A DNA stretch of 64,000 bases from Phoronis australis (GCA_002633005.1 NMRA01000395.1:65804-129803); one strand, 5' to 3'; counted from the first letter of the stretch, positions 38,557-51,598 are shown. Notes: generated by a model not told the origin, from the sequence alone. Numbers and translations: made by a program.

Positions 38557-40291
38557 TTAAAAGCTGCAATCATTTTCATAAGCTTTTTCAAAGTGGTACG
38601 TCGTTTACGGTCCATTGATACAATGTATAAAGGACAGTCACGTATAACTAAGTCATTTAGACTAGCTCAAGTTCAAACATTGAAGTCTAACATGAGCAAC
38701 ATATCCGTGTATTCGTGGATATAACACAAATAAATTGAGAAATAAGGTGCCTAGTACAAATAACTTACATTGAAAATTAGTTAAAAGAAAGGGCAACGCT
38801 TTCATGTCATTTTTAGTAAAAATGCGTTTCGTTGTTTATCTAAGACATATTTTTCATTTAATTACGGCTTCCCGTACTTTTATTAGTTAGCCGTGCCCTA
38901 TTCCGGAGTGACGTTTAGGGGGATAAGAATTTCCCGCCATTTTGTTTCTGTGTATGAATTTTACTGTGAGGATCCGTTCTATTGTTGTTTTCGTTATGAT
39001 TTCCTAAGAGCGTCGTCACCACTCCCCATCGTTTTCATATAGTCTGACTATGCAGGCCCGTAGGAAGGTAAAAATTATTGGGGGGGCACCGACCCTGGTC
39101 GATACGTAACTTCTAATTTCGAAACCACTGCATTGCACTGGGGTGTATATATCAACGCTGTAAAATGAACTACTGCAACCACTAGGTACGTTTTGAATTA
39201 TATGAAAAAATATGTCTACTAATAATAAGGTGTGTAACAGATGCCGTACTTTTAGAGTTAATTTTTTGTTAAGATTGACTGGAAATTTTTGGAGCAACAT
39301 ACATGCCGCTCATACGATTACTCTTGCTGAACAGTAAGAATGAAGGTGTGAAATAATTATAAATGTTTTTATTTCCTCTTCAACATAAATCAGTGGACGT
39401 TGCCCTGCTGCACACAGGAACTCGGGCTGCAGCTACATGTAAGTCTAACGTGGTAAAAACCCCGAGTTGTGCCTTTCGCATTTCACTTCCTCGTACAAAA
39501 TCGTTTGCCACATCCACCAAATTTAGCTTATCGCACATGTCTTTGTGAACATGGAGCAACATTAAATGGTTCAACCTCCCCTGTCCCATTGTGGAACGTA
39601 AATATGACTTAACACGCCTAAGAGCACTAAATGCTCGTTCGCTACTGGCATTTGTTGCAGGCATCACTAACGGCAAGTTTGCTAGTTTAATTACATTTTC
39701 GATCAAGTGTTTTTGACCGGCTGATAATTTCTGCAAATGATCCACGACACGAGACAATGTTACCTCTTGACTACCATCCTGTGCATAATTGGCCCCAAAC
39801 GTAGCCAGGTGACAGCGCAGTGTTGAATCAAAATCATCTTCATAAAAACTGATAACATCTTGGTATTCATTTTCAAAGTTTTCCCCTTTTGCCGCCTTGA
39901 GTATCAGCTCCTCACACTGCATATAAATTTTGTAATCTTCTTGATCAAACCTGTCCCGTATTGATGCAATGATATTGTCAAGAGCTTCAAAATAAGTTCT
40001 TCTATAATAATCTTCTGGACTCGAAGAAAACTCCGGAGGCGCATTTCCTGTTTCGTATCTAGCGGGTTTTCTATTGCGTCTAGGGAGACCAGGATGTTTG
40101 ACGTGATAATCCTTTGCACAAGCTAGGACTTCATCCCAGAAGTTTTTATATTCTCTGTCGTTTCTCATCCGTTCTAATGTAGTAAGGGTCATTTTGGCAA
40201 TCTTTTGAGCCTCAGCCGCGGACATCTGAACGCTTTGTAAAGTTGTACTCAGATTGTCAGCATGCACCAACAGGCGTTCTGAAAGTACTAA

Positions 40292-43200
40292 TAGCGGAGA
40301 GGGAATTCTTGAAAATCGCGCACTTTGTGACAAGTTTCTGCAAATTGGTACAATGTTAGGAATAGGTAAAACATCTCTAAAAAGCACCGCAAACAAACTG
40401 TGCTTACCCCCTAGTGGCCGCTACGCACAAAATCCAACATGGCCGCCGCCGAAAATGGAATTTGGCATATCTCGACTATCATCATCACCAGATCATGTTG
40501 TAAATCAATGTTTTCAATATTTTTGGGTTCGGGGAGTTTATTTCTGGTGTTAGTTTTATGATTTGAGGCCATTAAAATATTTTTACACTTTCTATGAACT
40601 GAAAATACCAAACGCTTGTTCCCGAGCAGCTCCACTCTTGCATCTATTGGTTATATTATTTTTGTTGGTTTGAATGAGGCTGCATATAATGCTCAGAAGA
40701 AAAAATGCAATGGCGGTACCCTGATGAAGTCGGTGAATCAAAAATGGTATATCTATGCTTCATGGGCATGCTCCACATCGAAATGGCATCTCAAGAGAGT
40801 GGAGGTGAACTATTGGACGGATCTGGATGGGACCGCATGTTCTCCATAGACAATGTCTTCACTCCTGGTGTTGCACCATCTCCTCTGGGTGGAAAGCATG
40901 TCAAGCGTACCAGATGTGCATACCAACTCACTCTGGCTTAATGAGTTAAAGAAACAGGCATATGATGATGAGTACTGTCATGAAAAGTCTGGACCTCACA
41001 AAAGCTTTGATATGTGGGAAAAACGAGTCTGCAATGCTCCAACAGTTTGTTACTGGAAAATTATAAGAGACTACCTGCTAATTAACTGTCGCTTCATTCG
41101 AGGTTAGAGACTGGGCAATTGGCCATTGACTTTAAAAGCCCATGTGAAGAATTGTGTCCATGGTTTTTTTTNNNNNNNNNNNNNNNNNNNNNNNNNNNNN
41201 NNNNNNNNNNNNNNNNNNNNNNNNNNNNNNNNNNNNNNNNNNNNNNNNNNNNNNNNNNNNNNNNNNNNNNNNNNNNNNNNNNNNNNNNNNNNNNNNNNNN
41301 NNNNNNNNNNNNNNNNNNNNNNCAGATGGCAGAGAGCACAAGAAGAGTGGATGCAGTCTGGGACACATACGGAGAGGATAGTCTGAAGTCATAAACTCAT
41401 GTGAAGCGTGGCGAGACTGAATGGCGACAAACACGGGTTTCGGCTAAGATACCAATGCCCTGGGGAACTCAGTGGCAGACATTCCTCAAAATTGTTAAAA
41501 CAAGGACGAGCTCTTCCAGTTCTACATCGACGACCTTCTGGGCATCACAGCTGATTCACAGTACCAACTTCTTACAACAAATGCCTACCTAATATTCAGC
41601 AGCAAACCAACAGACGTATCACCGTTGTTTCCATGGCTATAGACAGTAGCTGACACGAGGATGACGATGCATTTGCAACATGCAGCTGTTCAGGATGACA
41701 CCAAGGCTTACCTTAGGACAGTTGTCAGTGTCGCGGTGGTTCTAGCAGTCAGCTTCTTTCACAAGCAAGGCCTCTAAGAGTTGTGAATTGGATTTGTATC
41801 TGGAAAAACTATAAGGATATTTCCATCCACCAAATCTCTCCAAACCTTGAGCCGCAGAAATGTGAAGTCCTCCCACTCTTCCATGTACTGACAAGTTGTG
41901 ATGTCGTCTCAGCAATGTTCGGGATTGAAAAACCATGGAATGCTTGGGCTGCTTTCCCCGAGGTCACAAATACCTTTATTGCCATCACTTATGACCCAAC
42001 TACCCTCACACTTGACTCGATTCTTTTACAACACCTTGAACGCTGAATAGTACTAAAATACAGTAAAAACTGAGGGACACACCCTGTGAATGACGCATGA
42101 AAGCTTCNGGTTCTAGCAGTCAGCTTCTTTCACAAGCAAGGCCTCTAAGAGTTGTGGATTGGATTTGTATCTGGAAAAACTATAAGGATATTTCTATCCA
42201 CCAAATCTCTCAAAATCTTGAGCCGCAGAAATGTGAAGTCCTCCCACTCTTCCATGTACTGACAGGTTGTGATGTCGTCTCAGCAATGTTCGGGATTGAA
42301 AAACCATGGAATGCTTGGGCTGCTTTCCCCCGAGGTCACAAATACCTTTATTGCCATCACTTATGACCCAACTACCCTCACACTTGACTCGATTCTTTTA
42401 CGACACCTTGAACGCTGAATAGTACTAAAATACAGTAAAAACTGAGGGACACACCCTGTGAATGACGCAAGAAAGCTTCTGTTCACCCATGGACTCAAGA
42501 CTCCTGAATCACTACCACCAACACAGCATGCTTCATTCCAACATGGTAAGCGTTCCCTGCTCACTGCAGGTTTGTTTGGAAACAGTTTTTTGCCAATAAA
42601 ACCCCAGATACCAAACCATGTCTATGGGGTTGGAAATGGAATGCTAGAGCTACAAAATGAGTGCCATATTGGTCAGATCTGGAAGATGTAAGCCAGTTGT
42701 GTTCGCTACTTGTAGCTGTGTTGTTGCTTGCAAAGGCAATTGTAAGTGCCACCGAGCTGGACTTGGCCGGTGTACCACAGTGTGAAAATGTGAAGGTGCC
42801 TGCACNTTGCCTGCAAAGGCAATTGTAAGTGCCACCGAGCTGGACTTGGCCGGTGTACCACAGTGTGAAAATGTGAAGGTGCTTGCACCAGCAACGACTC
42901 TTCATCTTTCTCAATATCTAGTTGTTTTATAAGTTAGTATGCATACATGATACAAACTAGCAGCCACCAGTATTTGGTAGACAATTCTGTTCATTCAGTT
43001 GCTAATAAAATATCTATATTTCTATAGTCTCAATCTAGAAGTATTGTCAGTCAGCTGGACAAGTCCTATTTTGTTCAAACCTGGTTTTGTAAAACGGTAA
43101 TTTTAGAATTTTGTGCGGTGAATCACATCGATACACCCATTAATTAAACAAAGTAACTGTTACGAGGACAAAAATAAATTTGAGTTATTTGTGAATGACA

Positions 43201-43522
43201 TTTGCTTTGAAAGTATCGTTTTGCGTTGGAATTGACCCCAAAACATAAAACTAGCACCAAAAATGAACTTTTCACCTCCCAAAATATTGAAACGATGATA
43301 TCACAATTTGTTCTATTGATAATAATAGCCAACCTATGCCAATTTCCATTTTCGGCGGCGGCCATATTGGATTTTGCGCGTAACAACCACCAGGGGGTAA
43401 GCACACTTTGTTTGCGGTGTTTTTTGAATTTCTTTTGGTTATACCTAACAGCGTACCAAATTGCAAAAACTTGTCACAAAGTGCCCAATTTTTGCAAATC
43501 TGCACATATTCCCTCCCCGCTA
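40292..43522 (+). mobile_element. Academ-type DNA transposon (internally deleted), 3-bp TSD TAA
   Basis: TAG...CTA termini; ~280-bp TIRs (tagcggagagggaat.. / ..attccctccccgcta); taa on both sides. Confidence 0.85.
40690..42890 (+). pseudogene. Academ transposase/XPG-like nuclease/Cys-cluster remnants
   Basis: MGMLHIEMA..LLDGSGW..GKHVKRT, RRVDAVWDTY, LPLFHVLTGCDVVSAMFG, LPPT..FQH, and a terminal Cys cluster (CKGNCKC..CTT..CEGAC); many stops and frameshifts. Confidence 0.75.
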
Positions 43523-44532
43523 TAAACCGTAAAAGAAACTAAACTGTGTCATGTGAGACTGAATTCCACGTATCCGCGATTTCATTTCTGAATCATTGCA
43601 ATTTTGGACTCCCCAGGACCAGAGTTCCTGTAAACAATCATAGTTACCTATCACACGATTCAGAGCGTCAGCCTTCACGGTCCATCTCGTTGGACACAGT
43701 TGCCGAATATTACCCACTTCTCTGTCGTAAAGCAACGCATCTCGTATTTTATTCAACTGTGCGTCACGTTTATGAGATTTTTTTTATCAATTTGGTAATT
43801 TCGTACGTGGTGTCTAAAGCATCTGCCATCAGCTTGCATCATTCAACGCGTGGCCATAACAATGTGTGTACAGGGCGCGATGTTCTTCCTGTTTAATGTT
43901 GACAACGACTCCATTTTTGGACCCACTCATTGCGCTGCAACCATCATAGCATTGACCACGACATCTGCTTAAAGACAAGTTCATCCGCAACAGTGTGTCT
44001 TTTAGAAGTGACGTAATTGTTTGGGCATCCATCATTTCCAAGCGGCGAAATCCGATGAAATCTTCATGTGGTTGTAATGATTCGTCTACCCATCGGATAC
44101 AAACGACGAGTTGTTCGCTATTAGACACGTCAGTAGTTTCGTCTGCCAGTATACTAAAATAAGGACTGCCGCGAATGCACGACGNNNNNNNNNNNNNNNN
44201 NNNNNNNNNNNNNNNNNNNNNNNNNNNNNNNNNNNNNNNNNNNNNNNNNNNNNNNNNNNNNNNNNNNNNNNNNNNNNNNNNNNNNNNNNNNNNNNNNNNN
44301 NNNNNNNNNNNNNNNNNNNNNNNNNNNNNNNNNNNNNNNNNNNNNNNNNNNNNNNNNNNNNNNNNNNNNNNNNNNNNNNNNNNNNNNNNNNNNNNNNNNN
44401 NNNNNNNNNNNNNNNNNNNNNNNNNNNNNNNNNNNNNNNNNNNNNNNNNNNNNNNNNNNNNNNNNNNNNNNNNNNNNNNNNNNNNNNNNNNNNNNNNNNN
44501 NNNNNNNNNNNNNNNNNNNNNNNNNNNNNNNN

Positions 44533-47444
44533 GGTCGGTTGTCAAGATTTCCATCTCTAGACCACAAGAAAATCGCATATTTGTTGCATGAAGCATTTCC
44601 TAATACACGTGGTAAGATCTCCCCATGAAGGGAATGAACACTTTTTCCTACGTCGGGATATACACTTGTTACTGGCATTTTCAATACAGACGACAGACCC
44701 ATGACAGCCATGAGACCACTCCAATTCCCATCGTGGCACAGATGCTTTGCCTCTCTTACAATGGCTGCTTCATTATCATCGTTTACAGTGTCTCCAAGAC
44801 CGTCCTCCTGAGACATTACCACAGTGAATAATGTTTGAAAATCCGAAGATATAGAGTTTTCTTTCTGAGTAGCAGCAATAACGTGTGGGTGCCTTGCATA
44901 AAAGTCAGAGTGAATGAAGAGCTCGGCTGCAGTCAGCAGCCTTAATGTCACGTGGAGGGATTCGTCACCTATAAACAGAAATTAAGCAACTGCAAGGTTG
45001 TATCAAGAGATTACTTGCCTTTATAAAATAAGGCCATGCGATACTTTAGATAGGTTTTGAAATTCTGTGTAATGACAAGAAATTCGTAAATGGGCCTTAT
45101 TCCAGGAATGAGTTTATAGACATAATTTCGACTTTCCGAAATGGCACTTTTAGTGAATGCCAATGTATTTTTTCCCATTTCACGTCCCCAACTTCATGGC
45201 AAATGCCCAAAATGCGCTCATACACAGAACAAAGTACGGGATGATAGTTGTTTCAAAGGGACAAGCCACATACGTGTAACCGTCGTCGCGAACCTAACAT
45301 TACTATTTGCACAATTTCAAGTTAGTTTTCTGCTATGAAACCGGAAACTTGTCGCAATTTTTTAAAATCTAAGTTTTGCATTTTGTGCTTTTAAAGTTAT
45401 GTAGAACCTAATAAGAGTTCCAATTTTTTCCAAATTCAAAAATGTATTGAATTTGCATCGAACTTTCAAATTCCGATACACTGTTCTCGACCACGCTGTT
45501 AGGAATTTTTCTTAAAATGTTCGACTTTTGCATGAGGGCTAATCAAAATAGTGCTTCAGATTTTTATGAAAACGTTTTAAAGTTGCATAAAACGAAAACG
45601 AAACAATATTTTAGAAAATTGCAACAGCGTTTTTGAGATTTTATCTTAAACAATTATACTACACGAAATTTGCGCATGCTATTGACGCCGTTGTTTTGTT
45701 TGATTAACAGAATGTACCTTATTAATTTGCTAAATTTTCTTATAAGTTAATGTCAAGCAACCTATTTAGTTGCGGACTGGTATGAAATCAAAAATCAAAT
45801 TCTACGGAATTACTACTTTCCAAAAATATACTTTTGCTGGGCTAAGTTGTATACAATTTAGTATATATGTATTTGGCTAAATATACAGGCATGACGAGAA
45901 GGTGCTACATAACCTTAGTAAGGCGCGATGTGTTAATGTAAAAACTAATTTTGTATTTTTAGGCTGTTGTGATAATTTGCATAGGCTATTTACTTCGTAG
46001 TTTCTGTTAAACACGCACTCCGCTAATGGGCGTCATTTTGCTTCTCCAAATTAAACTTTGGTTCATTTGACATTTAGTAGTACAGTAAATCATATAGCAT
46101 ATTTTTTAACGTACATGTATTTCTTTTACTTTTTGGGTATGAAAGAAGGAATTCTGTGTTTCATATTCTTATGTTTCACTGAGCTACTACTCGCGTTTCA
46201 TAAGAAAGTGAAATACGTTTCTGATTTCCCCGTTAAAATGCGAATCTATGGGACTTACTAAAGTAGTTCGCAAATTCTATTTTGTCATTGTACTACAGCC
46301 ACTGTTGAATGCTATCCGGAAATATGGTGAACAAACAAAATTTGAGAACAAAATGCAAAAGGTGCACGTGTATTATCACCGTAGTCAAATCAATATCTGC
46401 TTCCTGTGCAAACGATCAAATCTACGGTCTTCCAGCATAGGAGTTGAGTGAACGTAGTTAATGTTAAATGCATGCACTGTATGCATGAATACCACAGTTG
46501 GAGAAAGTAGTCTGCACTATAGATAAACTGTGGGTCGTTGACCTCTTTTTTCAATTTTTCTCTCCCAGTTCTTTGGAAATTTCATTGAAAATATTTAAAC
46601 TCTTTAATTTTAGAGAATGAGCGTTAATACTATAAGTTTTTCGTCATTATACAAGTTATTGTCACATAAGTTAAGATATAGCTCTATTCATCACCATTTA
46701 AAACAGGGTACATGTTTGAATTAGTCGATACCTCAAAACCCAGGCATTTTCTACCATAATAGCCAATGACTTCTATTTTAGCAACGGGTAATTCATTACA
46801 TTTCTAGACAGACCGTGTGATTTGTCGTTTATATTCAGCAAAAACACGATCAGCCACTATGAGCCAAAATCGATTCTTAATACATGGGCGGCGCACTATA
46901 GGGGGCTGAAAGGCTATCACCCCCTTAATCCAGTGGTGCACCGTCCGCGGGCGTAGGCGGCGCACCTGATAGGGGGCTGAGGGAATATAGCTCCCCACTA
47001 GTTGCTGCGCCGCCCATGTAATATCGAGTAAAGTAAAAGTCAAAAATCTATTATGAAAAATATCAAGTTATACCAGATATGCAAAGAGAAGCGGCTCGAC
47101 ATAAAAAGTTGCCGTCCCCAGATGTGCGAATGGGTTCGTGTGTTGACTGGTGAGATTCGGGAATTATGCATTTTGCGAACTCGTCGATCAGAGCATTTTC
47201 CAACAAACTAGATGTAGAAAGAGGGGATTCAACAGCTTGTGTTACAAGGTTACTGTATGTGTCGTATAGAGTTCCAGCTTTCGACGCCACGAGTTCTCCA
47301 AGGCCCTGTAAAATACAGAATTTCTGACCACTGATCGAAATTTACTGCAGTTTCCTGCTATAACGTGCATGCAACAATCACAGTGAACAGTAAAAACAAC
47401 TCCACAACGTTAGAAAACTCAATTACCTCCATTGTGGTCGACAT
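44533..47444 (-). pseudogene. Spliced OTU-like/vertnin-like gene inside the hAT element, upstream of the transposase
   Basis: Exon 47305-47074 (..PIRTSGDGNFLCRAASLCISG) splices (G|GT..AG|GT) to the exon starting at 44968 (DESLHVTLRLLTAAELF..GNWSGLMAVMGLSSVL..SVYPD..IFLWS). Probable first coding exon MSTTME|gtaatt near 47444-47427. The 3' end is lost in the N gap. Confidence 0.7.
46883..47018. mobile_element. Small hAT-type MITE with perfect 5-bp TSD TAATA
   Basis: taata|CATGGGCGGCGCA...TGCGCCGCCCATG|taata. Confidence 0.8.
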
Positions 47445-47879
47445 CTCGAATAATGCACTGAACACCAAAGTTCAAGCTTAGAACTGCACGCGCTACTGCT
47501 AGATATAATGTAACACTTACCGGACACACGTGAGGTCTTCACTTTGCCGACGACGCCAAACATCAACTCGAAGTCTCGTTCTGCAGTCTTGGGAAACGAT
47601 TCTTTGGCGAAATAAAAGCTGCCTGATCCACACGTTTTTATGGTGTTTTTCTGATAACTAAGTCAGATTCTTCAATTTCGTTATAAGTCTGAGAAAACTG
47701 TACTTCAAATCAAAATACAATGTTGCAGAAGCTTCTACGCTGAAATTTTTTTGGGGGGCACGCCCCCCGGCCCCCCGCTTCCTACATTTACGGCCCTGCA
47801 TGTGAGCTGTTGAGTAAGTCAAGGTTTTATCTCGGTTGTGATAAGTTCGGTCGTCGTTTGCGTTTATTTACCATTCAAT

Positions 47880-48180
47880 CAACATGCTGTGCGGTTCCTG
47901 CGTTCTTGGGTGTACTCGTTATCGTCTCACGCGCACTTTGGGTATGCCATTTTCCGAAAGATGACACACTCTGCCGTACTTGGCTTGTTGGTGTGAAGAA
48001 AGCAGTGTTTCCCGTCCACATAACGTACATGTACAAGTACAAGACAGTGAAGAATTACCGAGTTTGTGGCAGGAATTTTCTGCCGTCGGATTACGAAAGA
48101 GATATGTAAGCGGAATTGAGGAAGGTTTATGCAAAACGACACCTGGATGAGGGTGCCATACCGTCGCTGTTCATTCACGG
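47880..48180 (+). pseudogene. THAP domain remnant of the Kolobok-like element
   Basis: CCAVP..HFPKDDTLCRTWL..YRVCGRNFLPSDY..LDEGAIPSLF; homologous to 18840-19130. Confidence 0.8.
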
Positions 48181-48591
48181 CAGTACCCCTTCGCCACCCC
48201 TGAGAAGTTCCTATTTTATGCGAGAAGCCTCGCGAGCTATGGCCTCTACAATGACTGGCGGCCCTTCATCTAGTAATTGTCACCCGTGCCTCCGAACGTA
48301 CCCCCAGAGCGCCCAATTCCGAATGCTAGCAGTGATTCGCCCTGTGCTGGTGTTTTATATAGCCCAAAGCCTGTAAGCAGGCCTGCAGCTATGCTGAGTA
48401 GTGCGACTGAATACAGGCCCAGTTCGATACCCAGTGAGGAGGACAGTTCGTTGTCTAATGAACAGGCGGGTGAGCCAAACTTTTTTAAGTTTTATCGTGG
48501 ACTTGACTAAAGTATTGGAGCTATTTGGAAGGTGCCAAGTGTGTGGCGTGGGAGTCGCACGGTGAGATGTACATGTAAGCTGTTTGGGTGC

Positions 48592-48845
48592 TCAAGTCAA
48601 CATGCAATGGGAACAGCATAGGCATTCCATTTTTGAGGTCGGCATAATAGTGCACACCATGCATTTGCACCAAGACGCCCCACCAAGTCTGTCTTCAGTC
48701 TCTGCCTCATTCCTCTCAACAACTGTTTGTGCGTATTCTGCCTCTCTATATTCGGGCTCTAACATATAGCCACTCAATGGGGAAATATTCCTCGTCACCA
48801 CTGCTACAAACAATGTCTCCGTCACTGTTACTGTGTCTGTGATAT
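48592..48845 (-). pseudogene. KolX-like (P2X7-ballast/Nanor-type Cys-rich) accessory protein fragment
   Basis: GYMLEPEY..RLGGASWCKCMVCTIMPTSKMECLCC; convergent with the THAP ORF, as expected for the two Kolobok genes. Confidence 0.7.
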
Positions 48846-50021
48846 GGGTTGCCGACTCCAGTCATTTTCAGGCTTTTACAAACCAAACGATCCATAAATA
48901 CAAGGTAATTGAATTCTCAAACAACCTAGCTTGTCGTAGAATACTCGTCAATGGGAAGTGGTGACGACAATTTTAGGAAATCAGAACGAAACCAACAGTA
49001 GAACAGATACTCACAATAAACTCAAACACAGAAACAAAATGGCGGGATCTCTTAACCCCCTAAACGTCACTCCCGGAGTAGGAGACGACTAAGCAATAAA
49101 AGTTATGGGAAGCTATGTGTAACTGGAAAATATATCTGAGATAATTAAAGAAGCGTATATTTAATAAAATTACGCGAAAAGTTTGCTTTTCGTGTTTGGG
49201 ATTTTATCTAGAAAAAATATTTACATGTATACTCAACTCTTAATAGTATAGTTTAAAATGAAAACCGTGTATACATATTTTACAATTTCGGAACATTGCG
49301 GAAGTCACATTTCAATTTATTGGCATAGTTAGATCTGCATGCAATCACTCCCAAATGAGTGGGTATTGTTTGGTGGGAAAATCGTGTGTGCTTTGTGTCT
49401 GATATACATTTTTATATGTGTGACAGAAAAGTGTTTTAAAGGGACATCCTAGGTCTGAAAAGCTACTTCACATGCGCGTACCCAGCTTTCAATATGGGAG
49501 GCTCGAGTTCCTGGCGTTGTAGAACTTTTGGTAACCGGAAAACGGGCGGACTGAAAAAAAAAGAAAAAAAAAACATGGTCACCATTGTGAATTGATCGTT
49601 TGTGCTTTGTTAGTTTGTCACATTTTCTCGGACTTTTTTTCTCGGAGGCGGACCTTTTTACCCACTTCGCCAAATGGGGGGGAGGTCGAGCTCCCCCTGG
49701 GTGCGCGCAGGCTTCACAGAAATTAGAAGTAGCATGAATTGAAGTGAAGTAACTGCAGATGTGCATGTAGGTCCGTATCAGCAGCCGAAGAATCTGCCAA
49801 TAAGCCAAATTCCGCGCGTTAAATAGCTAAACATAATTGATGAAGTCATGGGTCTTTTGTTCAGTGAGCGTATGGCAGATAACGGCAAGAATGAGGCTTT
49901 AATTTCGACGCGGTGTCTCTGCTGTACTAGTGGTGATTGAATTTCGCATGCGTTGCTGTCAGCATGTAAGCAGCTAGTAAAAAGACGGAACTGTTATCAA
50001 ATTACGTCATCGCGCTATGCC

Positions 50022-51246
50022 TTATTACTTGGCGAAATTTATTTCGCCAAGTACAGTCCATGTATGTTGGTCTTCCATCAAGTTTGTTTTTTTGTTTGTT
50101 CGCACGATACAGGTCGCAATTTTCGTCCGATTATCACGAAATTTACACATAACACGTAGTTCCAAAAGTACTGGAAGCCTATTATTTTTCTTTATAATCG
50201 GATTCAAAATGGCGGATGTGGCGGCCATCTTGTTTTCATTTTAAGATTCAAAGGCTTCTGGAGGCTACAATTTTTTACGTGAAGGTTTGAAACTCAGTAC
50301 AATTAATGGACTACATGTGCACTACATGTGTACTGGAATTTGTTTACTTCCGTTTAAATATGACGGAAAAATTGGAATTCGCGCATGCGCACTTCGATTT
50401 TTGGAAAAAACGTTTTCTCCTGCAGAGGGCGCAATATAGAGCCATTTTTTTAATTCTTGCAGTTATTAGTTTTTTATGACTTGCTATTATACAAAGCCAA
50501 AAAACCGGAAGTTGCTTTCATGATGGCGGATCTGGCTCATGTTGACGTGCTAAGGTGCTACTAAAACGGGAGGAGAAAATGACGTGAATTTTTGCATGTA
50601 AATTCTCTAAGGTATTCTCCTTCAAATGAACTACATGTATACCAATTTTTTCTCAGACTTACCGTTTTCGAGATATTTGACTTTAAATTTCTTAAAAAAC
50701 GCAAAAATTCAATTTTTTTGAAAAAATTACGGAATTGTGTGATACTATCAATTTAAATAGAGTTTTGAACGAGCTTTCAGAAGACGTTTTCCATTTTCTG
50801 CTAAGACGTCTACTTTTTGAGTTATTTGAGATTTTCTGATAACGCTGTTCCTTTTTTGAGCGCTCTTGCTGCATTGATGTTGGTTTACCTTCTATTAAAC
50901 TAGACTGTAGCCTATTTCTTATTGATTTATGACATCTAAGTTCGTCATATGAATGTTACGATGTTGCTCATCATCTCCACTTCCATCATCATATTTTTCA
51001 TCTTCGTCTTCATCTCCGACGTCGTCTTTTCTTCAGTTAATTTCGCCAAGTGTCTCTTAGTGATTTCTGACATCTACGTTCGTCATATGAATGATATCAT
51101 AACTTGCATTGTCCATCATCGCCTCCATCGTCGTCATAGCTGTCATCTTCGTCATCATCTCTGTCGTCGTCTTTTGTGGTCATTTTTAACGTGATTTTTT
51201 TTGGTTCATTTCGCCAAGTGTCGCTCCTCGGAGCGCTTTCAATATT
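50022..51246 (+). mobile_element. Helentron-associated (HINE/DINE-1-like) non-autonomous element
   Basis: 5' subTIR with adjacent inverted copy (acttggcgaaat..atttcgccaagt), GTTT microsatellite, then 3' subTIR ttcgccaagt followed by stem-loop cgctcc-tc-ggagcg; internal CAT/CGT-rich low-complexity tract. Confidence 0.65.
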
Positions 51247-51598
51247 GCTATTTTCCCGTGTGCAAATCTTCTAAAGGTGGTCACAAATTCCCAAATAACC
51301 TAACGTTACTACAGGCGTGAAGAATTGCGGTCAAAAGGGTCAACCAAATGTTAAAAAGTGCGTGAATGACGAAGTATCCCGCCCCGTGTCTGTGCTCTCT
51401 GCATCTCCATTGAGAGACCATATAATCACTTTACTTGGTAAGTTTTTAGCAATTAGTTTCTATCGCCATCGCCCAATGATGTAATCTCCACCAGTTACCC
51501 CACTGGATAGCAAGTTTATTCAGTGGAACTAAGTGTTTCACTTCAGAAACTCACCCGGGACCCGCATGGTAGGCTAGCAGCACATATTCACATATTAA

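Larger units (their letters stand above)
39380..44184 (-). pseudogene. hAT transposase, interrupted by Academ insertion (40292-43522), a frameshift near 43830 and an N gap
   Basis: Motifs FSILADETTDVSNSEQL, RGQCYDGCSAMSG, YTHCYGHALN, LCPTRWT and the C-terminal dimerisation motif PATNASSERAFSALRRVKSYLRSTMGQGRLNHL. Excising the insertion rejoins FFYGL-VLSERLL in frame. Confidence 0.92.
39053..47798 (-). mobile_element. hAT DNA transposon (ZMYM1/PRKRIR-like transposase), defective
   Basis: TIR CAGGCCCGTAGGAAG / CTTCCTAC(atttac)GGCCCTG; contains the hAT transposase and an OTU-like gene; flanks ctatg / c-atg approximate a 5-bp TSD. Confidence 0.8.
38785..49195 (+). mobile_element. Family-B-related Kolobok-like element interrupted by the hAT element (outer layer of the nest)
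   Basis: Inverted arms 38785-39030 and ~48950-49195 (TTAA on the left, right tip degenerate). The family-B sequence ttttcatatagtctga..gagctg..ctcggttgtgataagttcggtcgtcg is split between 39052 and 47799. Confidence 0.7.

Noticed and set aside
39380-40396. 338-aa ORF as an intact gene
   Set aside because: Chimeric: the first ~35 codons are read from the Academ TIR and the rest is the C-terminal part of an interrupted hAT transposase.
41739-42890. Tandem duplications (41739-42098 vs 42109-42470; 42726-42805 vs 42807-42887)
   Set aside because: Each pair is nearly identical and joined at a single n, typical of contig-overlap or haplotype artefacts.
50949-51194. His-rich/hydrophobic 81-aa ORF
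   Set aside because: Translation of a CAT/CGT low-complexity tract inside the HINE-like element.
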